Shown: piece after piece, positions 19,120-27,659 of the stretch
Layout: every line of letters begins with the position of its first letter
Position numbering within the stretch: position 1 is the first letter of the stretch
Source of the DNA: an uncultured Ruminococcus sp.
GTDB lineage: Bacteria > Bacillota > Clostridia > Oscillospirales > Ruminococcaceae
DNA: 41,092 nucleotides
Direction of reading: 5' to 3'
Assembly (NCBI GenBank): GCA_902766335.1
Contig: CACXDI010000148.1
Location: forward strand, 1 to 41,092
Position numbers and translations under genes: made by a program
Notes under the pieces: generated by a model
The model's database searches: none
The model's input: only the letters and a program-made list of their open reading frames with translations
Told to the model about the DNA's origin: nothing

Positions 19120-19878
19120 ATGTGCGAATTATTCGGCTTTTCGGCTGAAAGAAAAACTGATCTGAATGAATATCTCGAAAGCTTTTTTTCGCACAGCAGA
19201 CTGAACCCGCACGGCTGGGGGATGATGTATGAGGACGGCGTCCGGTGTGTCGTGAGAGAGCCTGTCAAGGCGACAGACAGCGTGATGCTGCCGGCTATCC
19301 TGGAAAGCATCCCGCCTCAGAAGATCATGCTGGCGCATATCCGCTACGCGACTGTCGGCAGTATCGCGGAGGAGAACTGCCACCCGTTCACGGCGCAGGA
19401 CATCTCGGGACGCGAGTGGACGCTGATACACAACGGTACGATCTATTCCGGCGGCGTGACCTACCGGTACTATAAGCAGCAGGCGGGCGACACCGATTCC
19501 GAGCGGCTGTTCCTGGCATTCATTGACCACATGAACGATGTGCTGTCGAAGGGCAGCATTACGGAGCGCGAAAGATTCCAGACGGTGAGCAGATTCATCG
19601 CGGACAACGCCCCGAGAAACAAGCTGAATCTGATGCTGTATGACGGCGAGCTGCTCTACGTCCACAAAAATCTTAAAAATACCCTCAGCTGCAAGCGGGT
19701 AGACGGCGGCATTATCTTTTCGACGCAGCCCCTCGACGAGGACGGCTGGGCGGCATTCCCGATAGCCCAGACGATCGCGTACAAAAACGGCAGCGAGGTC
19801 TATCGCGGCGAACGGCACAAGGGGATATTTATTCCGTCGCTTGAATACATCACGGCGCTTGATGCTATGAATATATAA
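19120..19878 (+). CDS. Class II glutamine amidotransferase, EgtC/YafJ/Dug3-like
   Basis: N-terminal nucleophile MCELFG, NPHGWG, AHIRYAT, NCHPF, HNG, GDTDSE. Confidence 0.88.
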   Translation: MCELFGFSAERKTDLNEYLESFFSHSRLNPHGWGMMYEDGVRCVVREPVKATDSVMLPAILESIPPQKIMLAHIRYATVGSIAEENCHPFTAQDISGREWTLIHNGTIYSGGVTYRYYKQQAGDTDSERLFLAFIDHMNDVLSKGSITERERFQTVSRFIADNAPRNKLNLMLYDGELLYVHKNLKNTLSCKRVDGGIIFSTQPLDEDGWAAFPIAQTIAYKNGSEVYRGERHKGIFIPSLEYITALDAMNI

Positions 19879-19899
19879 AAATATGAAAGGCTTGATAAT

Positions 19900-20646
19900 A
19901 TGTCAGAATTACTAAAGATAGAAGAGCTCTCGGCAGGTATAGAGGAGAAGGAGCTGCTGCACGGCATCACGCTTACGGTGGACGAGGGCGAGACCCACGT
20001 GCTTATGGGGCAAAACGGAGCAGGAAAATCCACCCTCGGAAGCACGATCATGGGCAGCCCCGAATACACGGTCACCGGCGGAAAAATATATTTCGGCGGC
20101 GATGACATCACGGAGGAGACCGCCGACAAGCGTGCAAAGCGCGGCATATTTCTTTCCTTCCAGAACCCGATCGAGATACCCGGGATAACCCTTTCGGAGT
20201 TTCTCCGCAATGCTGTGGAGCAGGTCACGGGCAAGAGAATAAAGCTGTGGGAGCACAAGAAAACCCTTAAAAAATCAATGGAAGCGCTGGGTATGGACAG
20301 TTCCTATGCTGACCGCGATCTGAATGTGGGATTCTCCGGCGGCGAAAAAAAGAAGGCGGAGATCTTACAGCTTCTGACGCTGAAGCCGCGTCTCGCCATT
20401 CTTGACGAGACAGACTCGGGGCTTGACGTTGACGCTGTAAAGGTGGTGTCGAAGGGCATCGAGGAGTACCGCAAAACGGTGGGCGGCACGCTCATCATCA
20501 TCACCCACAACGCGAAGATCCTCGAGGAGCTGCACGTTGACAGGACGCATATCCTTTCTAACGGAAAGGTGGTGCGCGAGGGCGACGGACAGCTGGCGTT
20601 CGACGTGCTGGCTGAAGGATTTGAGAAATATATCGGTGAGGTATAA
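19900..20646 (+). CDS. sufC: Fe-S assembly ATPase SufC
   Basis: MGQNGAGKSTL, FLSFQNP, NVGFSGGEKK, LDETDSGLDVD. Confidence 0.96.
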   Translation: MSELLKIEELSAGIEEKELLHGITLTVDEGETHVLMGQNGAGKSTLGSTIMGSPEYTVTGGKIYFGGDDITEETADKRAKRGIFLSFQNPIEIPGITLSEFLRNAVEQVTGKRIKLWEHKKTLKKSMEALGMDSSYADRDLNVGFSGGEKKKAEILQLLTLKPRLAILDETDSGLDVDAVKVVSKGIEEYRKTVGGTLIIITHNAKILEELHVDRTHILSNGKVVREGDGQLAFDVLAEGFEKYIGEV

Positions 20647-20650
20647 ATAA

Positions 20651-22060
20651 ATGAAACAGAAAACACAGGTTGCGGATATTGACCGTTCACTGTACGATTT
20701 CCGCTTTGACGAGGACGAGAATGACTTTCTTGACAGCGGCATCACCCCTGAGATCATCGGCGAGATATCCGATGAAAAGGGCGATCCCGACTGGATGAGG
20801 GAGTTTCGCCTGAAGTCACTTGAGATATACAACAGGACGAAAATGGTGGAGTGGGGCGCCTCGATAGAGGGGCTGGACATCGACAACATCGTGACCTACA
20901 TCCGCCCGAAAAGCCGCATGAACACCGACTGGGACAACGTCCCCGACGACATCAAGAACACCTTTGAAAAGCTGGGCATACCTCAGGCGGAGCGTGAGAG
21001 TCTTGCTGGCGTGGGCGCTCAGTACGATTCGGAGCTGGTCTACCACAACGTCCGCGAGGAGGTGGCGCAGTCGGGAGTGGTCTACACCGACCTGGAAAGT
21101 GCCATGCACGATCCGAAGTATGCGGACATAATCAAGTCGCACTTCATGAAGTTGGTGCCACCCACAGATCACAAATTTGCAGCGCTTCACGGTGCGGTCT
21201 GGTCTGGCGGTTCATTTGTATATGTCCCGAAAAACGTACACTTGGACATTCCGCTGCAATCCTATTTCCGTCTCAACGCAAAGGGCGCGGGACAGTTCGA
21301 GCACACGCTGATAATCCTCGAGGAGGGTGCGTATCTGCACTTCATCGAGGGCTGCTCCGCACCGAAATACTATGAGGCGGGACTGCACGCAGGCTGCGTT
21401 GAGCTGTATGTCGGTAAGGGCGCAACGCTGCGTTATTCGACGATAGAGAACTGGTCAAAGAATATGTACAACCTCAATACCAAAAGAGCATTAGTACAAG
21501 AAAACGGACGGATAGAATGGGTGTCCGGAAGCTTCGGATCCCACGTAAGCTACCTTTATCCTATGAGTATATTAAACGGCAGGGGAGCGAGCGCAGAATT
21601 TACCGGGATCACCTTCGCAGGCGAGGGGCAGGACCTCGATACGGGTGCGAAGATCGTTCACAATGCGCCTGATACCTCGTCCTATATGAACACGAAATCT
21701 ATCAGCAAATCAGGCGGGAAAAGCACGTTCCGGAGCGCTGTCACGGTGAACGAAAAGGCTGTCGGCAGCAAGTCCTCGGTAAACTGCGAATCGCTTATGC
21801 TAGATAACATCTCGCGATCCGACACGGTGCCGGTGATCGTCACAAAGACTGATAAATGCGACATCGGGCACGAGGCGAAGATAGGCAGGATCAGCGACGG
21901 AGCTATATTCTATCTGATGTCGAGAGGTCTTTCGGAGGAGGAAGCGAGAGCGATGATCGTGCGTGGCTTTGCGGACAATGTGTCCAAGGAGCTGCCGCTG
22001 GAATACGCGGTGGAGATGAACAATCTTATCGGGCTTGAAATGCACGGAAGCGTGGGGTGA
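20651..22060 (+). CDS. sufB: Fe-S assembly scaffold SufB
   Basis: AQYDSE, VWSGGSF, GQFEHTLI, EGCSAP, HEAKIG, LPLEYAVE. Confidence 0.96.
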   Translation: MKQKTQVADIDRSLYDFRFDEDENDFLDSGITPEIIGEISDEKGDPDWMREFRLKSLEIYNRTKMVEWGASIEGLDIDNIVTYIRPKSRMNTDWDNVPDDIKNTFEKLGIPQAERESLAGVGAQYDSELVYHNVREEVAQSGVVYTDLESAMHDPKYADIIKSHFMKLVPPTDHKFAALHGAVWSGGSFVYVPKNVHLDIPLQSYFRLNAKGAGQFEHTLIILEEGAYLHFIEGCSAPKYYEAGLHAGCVELYVGKGATLRYSTIENWSKNMYNLNTKRALVQENGRIEWVSGSFGSHVSYLYPMSILNGRGASAEFTGITFAGEGQDLDTGAKIVHNAPDTSSYMNTKSISKSGGKSTFRSAVTVNEKAVGSKSSVNCESLMLDNISRSDTVPVIVTKTDKCDIGHEAKIGRISDGAIFYLMSRGLSEEEARAMIVRGFADNVSKELPLEYAVEMNNLIGLEMHGSVG

Positions 22061-22064
22061 AAAA

Positions 22065-22874
22065 ATGGCGAACACAAAACTGAACATTCTCCCCGTACCC
22101 ACATTTGCGAGTCTGGGAGTGAATTATACAGAGCGTGATATATCAGAATATGAAATAAAGGATGTAACAGTATCCGACGATGATAACAAAGAAATAGTAC
22201 AGTACATTATTTCGGACACTATCACAAACATCACTGTTGATACAAACGTAAGCTCAAAGCTTATCCAGATCTTTGACGGCAGTTCTCAGACGGCTTCGAG
22301 GCTTAATGTCACTCTTGCGGACAACGCGAGACTTGACCTTGTTCAGCTGTATCTCGGCGGCGATTTGGTAAGCGAGATCGTCACCGAGCTGAAGGGCGGC
22401 AGGTCTGCTTTTACGGCGGATATTGCATACGATCTCGGGGCGGGCGAAGGGCTTGACCTGAATCTTGTCGCTAACCATTACGGCAGGAAAAGCAGCTCGG
22501 AGATCTCCGTGAACGGTGTGCTCCGGGAGGACGCCAAAAAGACCTTCAAGGGGACTATCGACTTTAAAAACGGTGCGGCTGGTTCCGTCGGCAGCGAGAA
22601 GGAGGAGGTCATTCTCATGAGCGAAAAAGCCGTCAACAAGACCGTCCCCGTTATCCTCTGCGACGAGGAAGATGTAATGGGCAATCACGGTGCGACGATC
22701 GGGCGTATCGACGAGCGCCACATCTTCTACATGAAGTCGAGGGGCATTCCCGAAGAGAAGATCTATGAGCTTATGGCGAGGTCAAAGCTTATGAAGGCTA
22801 TCCGGCTGATAGATGATAAGCAGACGAAAATAAAAATATATGAAACACTTGGGTGGGGTGATGAGAATGAGTGA
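22065..22874 (+). CDS. sufD: SufD-like Fe-S assembly protein (short form)
   Basis: FKGTIDF, PVILCDEEDVMGNHGATIG, FYMKSRGI; position between sufB and sufS. Confidence 0.9.
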   Translation: MANTKLNILPVPTFASLGVNYTERDISEYEIKDVTVSDDDNKEIVQYIISDTITNITVDTNVSSKLIQIFDGSSQTASRLNVTLADNARLDLVQLYLGGDLVSEIVTELKGGRSAFTADIAYDLGAGEGLDLNLVANHYGRKSSSEISVNGVLREDAKKTFKGTIDFKNGAAGSVGSEKEEVILMSEKAVNKTVPVILCDEEDVMGNHGATIGRIDERHIFYMKSRGIPEEKIYELMARSKLMKAIRLIDDKQTKIKIYETLGWGDENE

Positions 22875-24078
22875 CTACAAGGCGGATTTTCCGGTTTTCG
22901 CCGCATATAAAGACCTGGTATATCTCGACAGCGCAGCCACCACCCAGAAGCCCCGGCAGGTGCTTGAGGCGGTGGAAAAATACTACCGCGAGGAGAATGC
23001 CAACCCGCTGAGAGGTCTCTACGAGCTGAGCGTCAAGGCGACTGACGCGTATGAAAACGCCCGCGAGTCGGTGCGGAGCTTCATCGGCGCGGCAAGCACA
23101 CGGGAGATCATTTTCACCCGCAACGCCAGCGAGAGCCTGAACCTGATCTCTTACTGCTTCGGTGATCTTGTCCGCGAGGGCGACGAGATCTTAGCGGCAG
23201 TTTCGGAGCATCATTCCAACTTTCTGCCATGGCAGCAGCTTGCAAAACGCACAGGTGCAAAACTGAAATTTCTCGAATGTGACAAGCAGGGAGAATACAC
23301 CGCAGACGCCCTAAATGCAGCGCTTTCGCCGAATACTAAGCTGTTTGCCATAGCGCAGGTGTCCAACGTTTTCGGGCGGGTGAATCCTATAAAGGAGTTC
23401 GCGGATATCTGCCATAAAAACGGCACGCTCATCGTCTGCGACGGCGCTCAGAGCGTCCCGCATATGCCGGTGGACGTGCATGAGCTCGGGGTGGATTTCC
23501 TCGCTTTTTCGGGGCACAAAATGCTCGCGCCAATGGGTGTCGGCGTGCTTTACGGACGTGAGGAGCTGCTGGAGAAAATGCCGCCCTTCCTCTACGGCGG
23601 CGAGATGATCGAGTACGTCACCCGTGACGGCGCCACCTATGCCGAGCTTCCCCACAAGTTTGAAGCGGGCACGGTAAACGTGGGAGGAGCCGTCGGTCTG
23701 CACGCGGCGATCGACTATATCAACAGCGTGGGCTTTGAGAATATCGTCAGGCGAGAAAGCGCTCTGACGGCACTTGCATACGAATATATGAAACAAATAC
23801 CCCACGTCAATATCATAGGCGCGGATAGTGCGGCAGAGCATCACGGGATAATAACTTTCACGGTGGACGGCGTTCACCCGCACGACATCGCGGCTATCTT
23901 CGACAGCGAAAACGTCGCCATAAGGGCGGGTCACCACTGCGCTCAGCCGCTGCATCAGCATCTGGGAGTGCAGTCTACGGTGCGAATGAGTCTCGCATTT
24001 TACAATGACGAGCAGGATATCGAAAGGTTCATAACAACACTTAAAAGCATAAGGGGGCGCATGGGATATGGCGGATAA
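22867..24078 (+). CDS. sufS: Cysteine desulfurase SufS (group II)
   Basis: YLDSAATTQKP, SGHKM (PLP Lys), RAGHHCAQP. Confidence 0.96.
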   Translation: MSDYKADFPVFAAYKDLVYLDSAATTQKPRQVLEAVEKYYREENANPLRGLYELSVKATDAYENARESVRSFIGAASTREIIFTRNASESLNLISYCFGDLVREGDEILAAVSEHHSNFLPWQQLAKRTGAKLKFLECDKQGEYTADALNAALSPNTKLFAIAQVSNVFGRVNPIKEFADICHKNGTLIVCDGAQSVPHMPVDVHELGVDFLAFSGHKMLAPMGVGVLYGREELLEKMPPFLYGGEMIEYVTRDGATYAELPHKFEAGTVNVGGAVGLHAAIDYINSVGFENIVRRESALTALAYEYMKQIPHVNIIGADSAAEHHGIITFTVDGVHPHDIAAIFDSENVAIRAGHHCAQPLHQHLGVQSTVRMSLAFYNDEQDIERFITTLKSIRGRMGYGG

Positions 24079-24508
24079 TTTTTACAACGAGGTGCTGATC
24101 GATCACAATCTGCACCCTCAGCACCTGCACGAGCTGCCCTGTGCCACCTGCTCGAATGCGGGGCTGAACCCCACCTGCGGAGACTCGCTGACGCTGCACC
24201 TTTCCATTGACGGCGGCGTAATAAAGGACGGCTCCTTCACCGGTGTTGGCTGCGCCATATCGCAGGCTTCCACCGATATAATGCTCGATCTCATCATCGG
24301 CAGGACGCCCGATGAAGCGCGTCATCTGAGTGAGCTTTTCGGCAGGATGATAGGCGGGGAGATCTCAGATGATGAGCTTGAGGAGCTGGAGGAGGCAGGC
24401 GCTCTGCAAAGCATTTCCAAAATGCCTGCGAGGGTCAAGTGCGCAACGCTGGGTTGGAAGACGCTGGATAAGCTGCTTGGCGAACAGATAACCGGAGGTG
24501 GGTCATGA
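24068..24508 (+). CDS. sufU: SufU sulfur-transfer protein
   Basis: NPTCGD, GCAISQAS, RVKCATL. Confidence 0.95.
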   Translation: MADNFYNEVLIDHNLHPQHLHELPCATCSNAGLNPTCGDSLTLHLSIDGGVIKDGSFTGVGCAISQASTDIMLDLIIGRTPDEARHLSELFGRMIGGEISDDELEELEEAGALQSISKMPARVKCATLGWKTLDKLLGEQITGGGS

Positions 24509-24954
24509 AAGTCTCTACAAGAGTTGAATACGGAATAATCGCGCTTGCAGATATCGCGATAAACGGCGGAGACGGCAAGACCGTATCATCGTCGGATATC
24601 TCCGAGCGGCAGGATATCTCACAGAAATATCTGGAGCAGATAATCATAAGCCTGCGTCAGGGCGGATTCGTCAAGGGTCAGAAGGGCTCCCGGGGCGGCT
24701 ATGTGCTTTCGCGTCCCGCGGACAGGATCTATCTTTCCGAGGTGCTCAACGCCCTTGACAACAGCATTCTCGCCGACGCCTACGAAGACGGCGAGGACAA
24801 CACGGCTGGTATGCGCGGCTCGGTAAATTTCTGTCTGTGGAACAAGATCAACGGCTATATGCGCCGCTTTACCGAGCAGATGACCCTTGCGGACATCATC
24901 GCCGAGCACCGTGAAAATGCAGAAATATCTACGGAAAATATGTACTATATATGA
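24505..24954 (+). CDS. Rrf2-family regulator, CymR-like (lacks the IscR three-Cys motif)
   Basis: MKVSTRVEYG, ISQKYLEQI, KGSRGGYVL; only one Cys. Confidence 0.9.
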   Translation: MKVSTRVEYGIIALADIAINGGDGKTVSSSDISERQDISQKYLEQIIISLRQGGFVKGQKGSRGGYVLSRPADRIYLSEVLNALDNSILADAYEDGEDNTAGMRGSVNFCLWNKINGYMRRFTEQMTLADIIAEHRENAEISTENMYYI

Positions 24955-24969
24955 TCGGAGGAGAGTAAT

Positions 24970-25872
24970 ATGCCAATAAGACTGAAGGAATCGCTCCCTG
25001 TCATTGAAAAGCTGAAAAAAGAAAACATCTTCGCTATGACGGAGGAGCGTGCGATACATCAGGACATCAGAGAGCTGAAGATAGCTGTGCTGAATCTGAT
25101 GCCCGACAAGGAAAACACCGAGCAGCAGCTTTTGCGGCTGCTTTCCAACTCGCCGCTGCAAATAGAGGTGACGTTCATACGTCTTGTTTCCCACAAGTAC
25201 AAGAACACGCCGCTGTCCTATCTGCTGCGCAACTACAAGCCCTTCTACGAGATCGAGAACAAGTACTTCGACGGGCTGATAATCACCGGCGCTCCGGTGG
25301 AAAAGCTGGAGTTCGAGGAGGTGGACTACTGGGGCGAGCTCACCGCCATACTGGAGTGGAGCAGGATCCACGTCACCTCAACGCTGTACCTCTGCTGGGC
25401 GGCGCAAGCGGGGCTCTACTACCACTACGGCGTCCGCAAGACCGATTATCCCGGCAAGCTGTCCGGCATTTTTGAGCACACCGTTACCGATCCGGCAAAC
25501 GAGCTGGTGAGGGGCTATGACAAGCATTTCTACGCTCCCCATTCGAGACACACGGGCGTCAGCCGCGAGGATATTGACGGCATAAGCGAGCTTACGGTCA
25601 TCGCCGAGTCTGACGAGGCGGGAGTCTATATCGTCACCGACGGCAAGGGGAATGTGTTCGTCAACGGTCATCCGGAGTACGATCTATACCGGCTTGCCGA
25701 GGAGTATATCCGCGACACCGACGCAGGTCTTGAGCCGGCGATCCCCGCGAATTATTTCCCGGACGACGATCCGGAAAAGGAGCCGGTGAGCCGCTGGATA
25801 TCATCCTCAAGCCTGCTGTTTTCCAATTGGCTCAACTACTTTGTATATCAGATAACACCATATGAATTTTAA
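24970..25872 (+). CDS. metA: Homoserine O-acyltransferase MetA, predicted acetyl-CoA specific
   Basis: LNLMP, ITGAPVE (Glu at the specificity position), LCWAAQA (catalytic Cys), PHSRH, GHPEY. Confidence 0.94.
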   Translation: MPIRLKESLPVIEKLKKENIFAMTEERAIHQDIRELKIAVLNLMPDKENTEQQLLRLLSNSPLQIEVTFIRLVSHKYKNTPLSYLLRNYKPFYEIENKYFDGLIITGAPVEKLEFEEVDYWGELTAILEWSRIHVTSTLYLCWAAQAGLYYHYGVRKTDYPGKLSGIFEHTVTDPANELVRGYDKHFYAPHSRHTGVSREDIDGISELTVIAESDEAGVYIVTDGKGNVFVNGHPEYDLYRLAEEYIRDTDAGLEPAIPANYFPDDDPEKEPVSRWISSSSLLFSNWLNYFVYQITPYEF

Positions 25873-25877
25873 GCCTG

Positions 25878-25913
25878 AAAAAAGCGCTGTCCTTCATGAA
25901 CAGCGCTCTTTTT
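25878..25913. terminator. Bidirectional intrinsic terminator between the convergent operons
   Basis: A tract, stem agcgctgt / acagcgct, then T tract. Confidence 0.85.
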
Positions 25914-25919
25914 ATCGTA

Positions 25920-26252
25920 TCACACCAGCTTGTCCGAGATGAATCTTTTCAGCACCGCGTCGATGCTGCCGCTTACCTCAAAGACCCGCACCACCTTCTC
26001 GATCAGGTACGCCGCAGCCACCTCACCGATCTTCTGAACCAGCACCGCGTCGCAGTCGGAGAGCAGCTCGATGATCTTGTCGAAGCGGGTGGTATCATGC
26101 CCCAGACTGTGCTGACATGCGGCTACCGCGTCCCGCACTTCGATGTGCTCGTACCCCTCCTCCGACAGGTCATATACGCGGAAAAACTTTGCGTGCCCGA
26201 AATGCTCGTTGACGGTAAAGCCGTCTGATGTTGCTATCGCTATCCTTGCCAT
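25920..26252 (-). CDS. NifX/NifB-C-terminal family (dinitrogenase FeMo-cofactor-binding domain) protein
   Basis: IAIATSDG..VNEHFGHAKFF, LSDCDAVLVQKIG. Confidence 0.88.
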   Translation of the reverse strand: MARIAIATSDGFTVNEHFGHAKFFRVYDLSEEGYEHIEVRDAVAACQHSLGHDTTRFDKIIELLSDCDAVLVQKIGEVAAAYLIEKVVRVFEVSGSIDAVLKRFISDKLV

Positions 26253-26269
26253 ATCATCATTTCCTTTCC

Positions 26270-26296
26270 AAAAAGAGCTGCCTTTTACGGCAGCTC
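26270..26296 (-). terminator. Intra-operon terminator-like hairpin after the K-like gene
   Basis: gagctgcc-gtaaaa-ggcagctc-ttttt on the minus strand, directly before the next RBS. Confidence 0.75.
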
Positions 26297-26303
26297 CGTT
26301 TCG

Positions 26304-27644
26304 TTATTTGTATGTAGCCAACGAAGTGTTGTAGATGTCCTCGATGACCCTGAGACCGCCGGTGTAGCCCACGTAATTGGTGGTCAGCACTATGCGGTAG
26401 GGGGTGGGACAGGCTATCGACAGGAAGTCGGCGTCGATCTCAGCCGCAAGCTCCTTGTCCCAGCCGCTGCCCAGGATAAGCCCGCGTCCCTTGTGCTTCA
26501 AGCCGCGGATAACGTCCTGCATGGCGCCCGCATCGGGATCGAAGTACACCGGGATCTCCCGTTTGTCGGAGGCAGCCTTGATGTCCGCCGCTATCTGCTC
26601 CTGGTACTTCTTCGGCACGTTGTCCACGATGAACTGCTCCTTGGGAACAACGCCTGTCTCGTGCAGCAGGAATCTGGTGAGACCAACAACATACCCCGAA
26701 TCGTGGAGGATATGCGCGTAGGAGGGGAGTCCGTAGCGGAACTCCAGCAGGAAGGTGGCGAGGTTGTCAAGCTCCTCGTAGTAAGCCTTTTCCTCCTCCT
26801 CGATGAACTTTCTTGCCTTTTTCTCGTTGATCTCCGCGCCCTGCTCTATAGCAAAGTCAAGCACGCCGTTTAAGAAGCGTGTGGTCTCGTTTGCGCCGAT
26901 CGGCAGATAGCCGAACTTGAAGTAAGGCTGACCGTATCTTCTCTCCAGATTCTTGACGATAGGCTCGCCGTACCAGGGCGAGATGAACACATTGAAGTTA
27001 GCCTTCGGGATAGTCTGCCATTCCTTCACGCCGCCGGAATGGGGTCCGAAGAGGATATTGACTTTAAGCCCCAGCCCCTCCAGCAGCCGCTTGTATTCTT
27101 TGAGATTGCCCTTCCAGAACTGATCCTGATAGGGGATAGAAGCGATGACGTTGACCAGGTTCTTCTCGCTGCGCGAGGGATTCTCCTCCTCGAATCGGCT
27201 AACATACTGGTCTATGATCGCATTGACCACCGCCGAGTGAGATACATAGTTGTTAGACTTGAAGCCGGAGGTCTCAACGTGTACGATAGGTCTGTCCTCC
27301 TCGTAAAGGAACTCATCAGTGACGCTCGCCACGTCATCGCCCACGATACCTGCGGTACATCCGGTGACTACCACCTGCAAGTCGGTGTCCAGCACCTTGT
27401 AGGTGTTCTTGATTATATTGCGGAGCCTGTCGGTGCCTCCGAAAACAACTTCCTTTTCGCTGAAATTGGTGCAGGGCGCAGTCTCGCCGCCGGCATATCC
27501 CGCCGAGCGCTCAAAAAAGCCCTTTATCATAACTCCGCAGCCGGGTCCCGAATGAAGTATCGGAACGGCGCGGGGGATAGCTACCACCGTCTGCAAAGCA
27601 CCTATGGCGCAGGTGTAGCGCTCCTGTTCTATAAGTCCTGCCAT
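26304..27644 (-). CDS. Nitrogenase component 1 beta-like subunit (group IV NflK/MarK-like)
   Basis: P-cluster Cys motifs RYTCAIGA, HSGPGC, TGCTAGIVGDD; PIGANET; YVGYTGG. Confidence 0.88.
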   Translation of the reverse strand: MAGLIEQERYTCAIGALQTVVAIPRAVPILHSGPGCGVMIKGFFERSAGYAGGETAPCTNFSEKEVVFGGTDRLRNIIKNTYKVLDTDLQVVVTGCTAGIVGDDVASVTDEFLYEEDRPIVHVETSGFKSNNYVSHSAVVNAIIDQYVSRFEEENPSRSEKNLVNVIASIPYQDQFWKGNLKEYKRLLEGLGLKVNILFGPHSGGVKEWQTIPKANFNVFISPWYGEPIVKNLERRYGQPYFKFGYLPIGANETTRFLNGVLDFAIEQGAEINEKKARKFIEEEEKAYYEELDNLATFLLEFRYGLPSYAHILHDSGYVVGLTRFLLHETGVVPKEQFIVDNVPKKYQEQIAADIKAASDKREIPVYFDPDAGAMQDVIRGLKHKGRGLILGSGWDKELAAEIDADFLSIACPTPYRIVLTTNYVGYTGGLRVIEDIYNTSLATYK

Positions 27645-27659
27645 ATCTGTTCTTCTCCT

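Noticed and set aside
16547-19878. Ergothioneine or complete glutathione pathway
   Set aside because: No EgtB/EgtD/EanAB and no glutathione synthetase or ATP-grasp domain in the window.
24505-24954. IscR assignment for the Rrf2 gene next to suf
   Set aside because: It has only one Cys, so the three-Cys Fe-S ligand set of IscR is absent.
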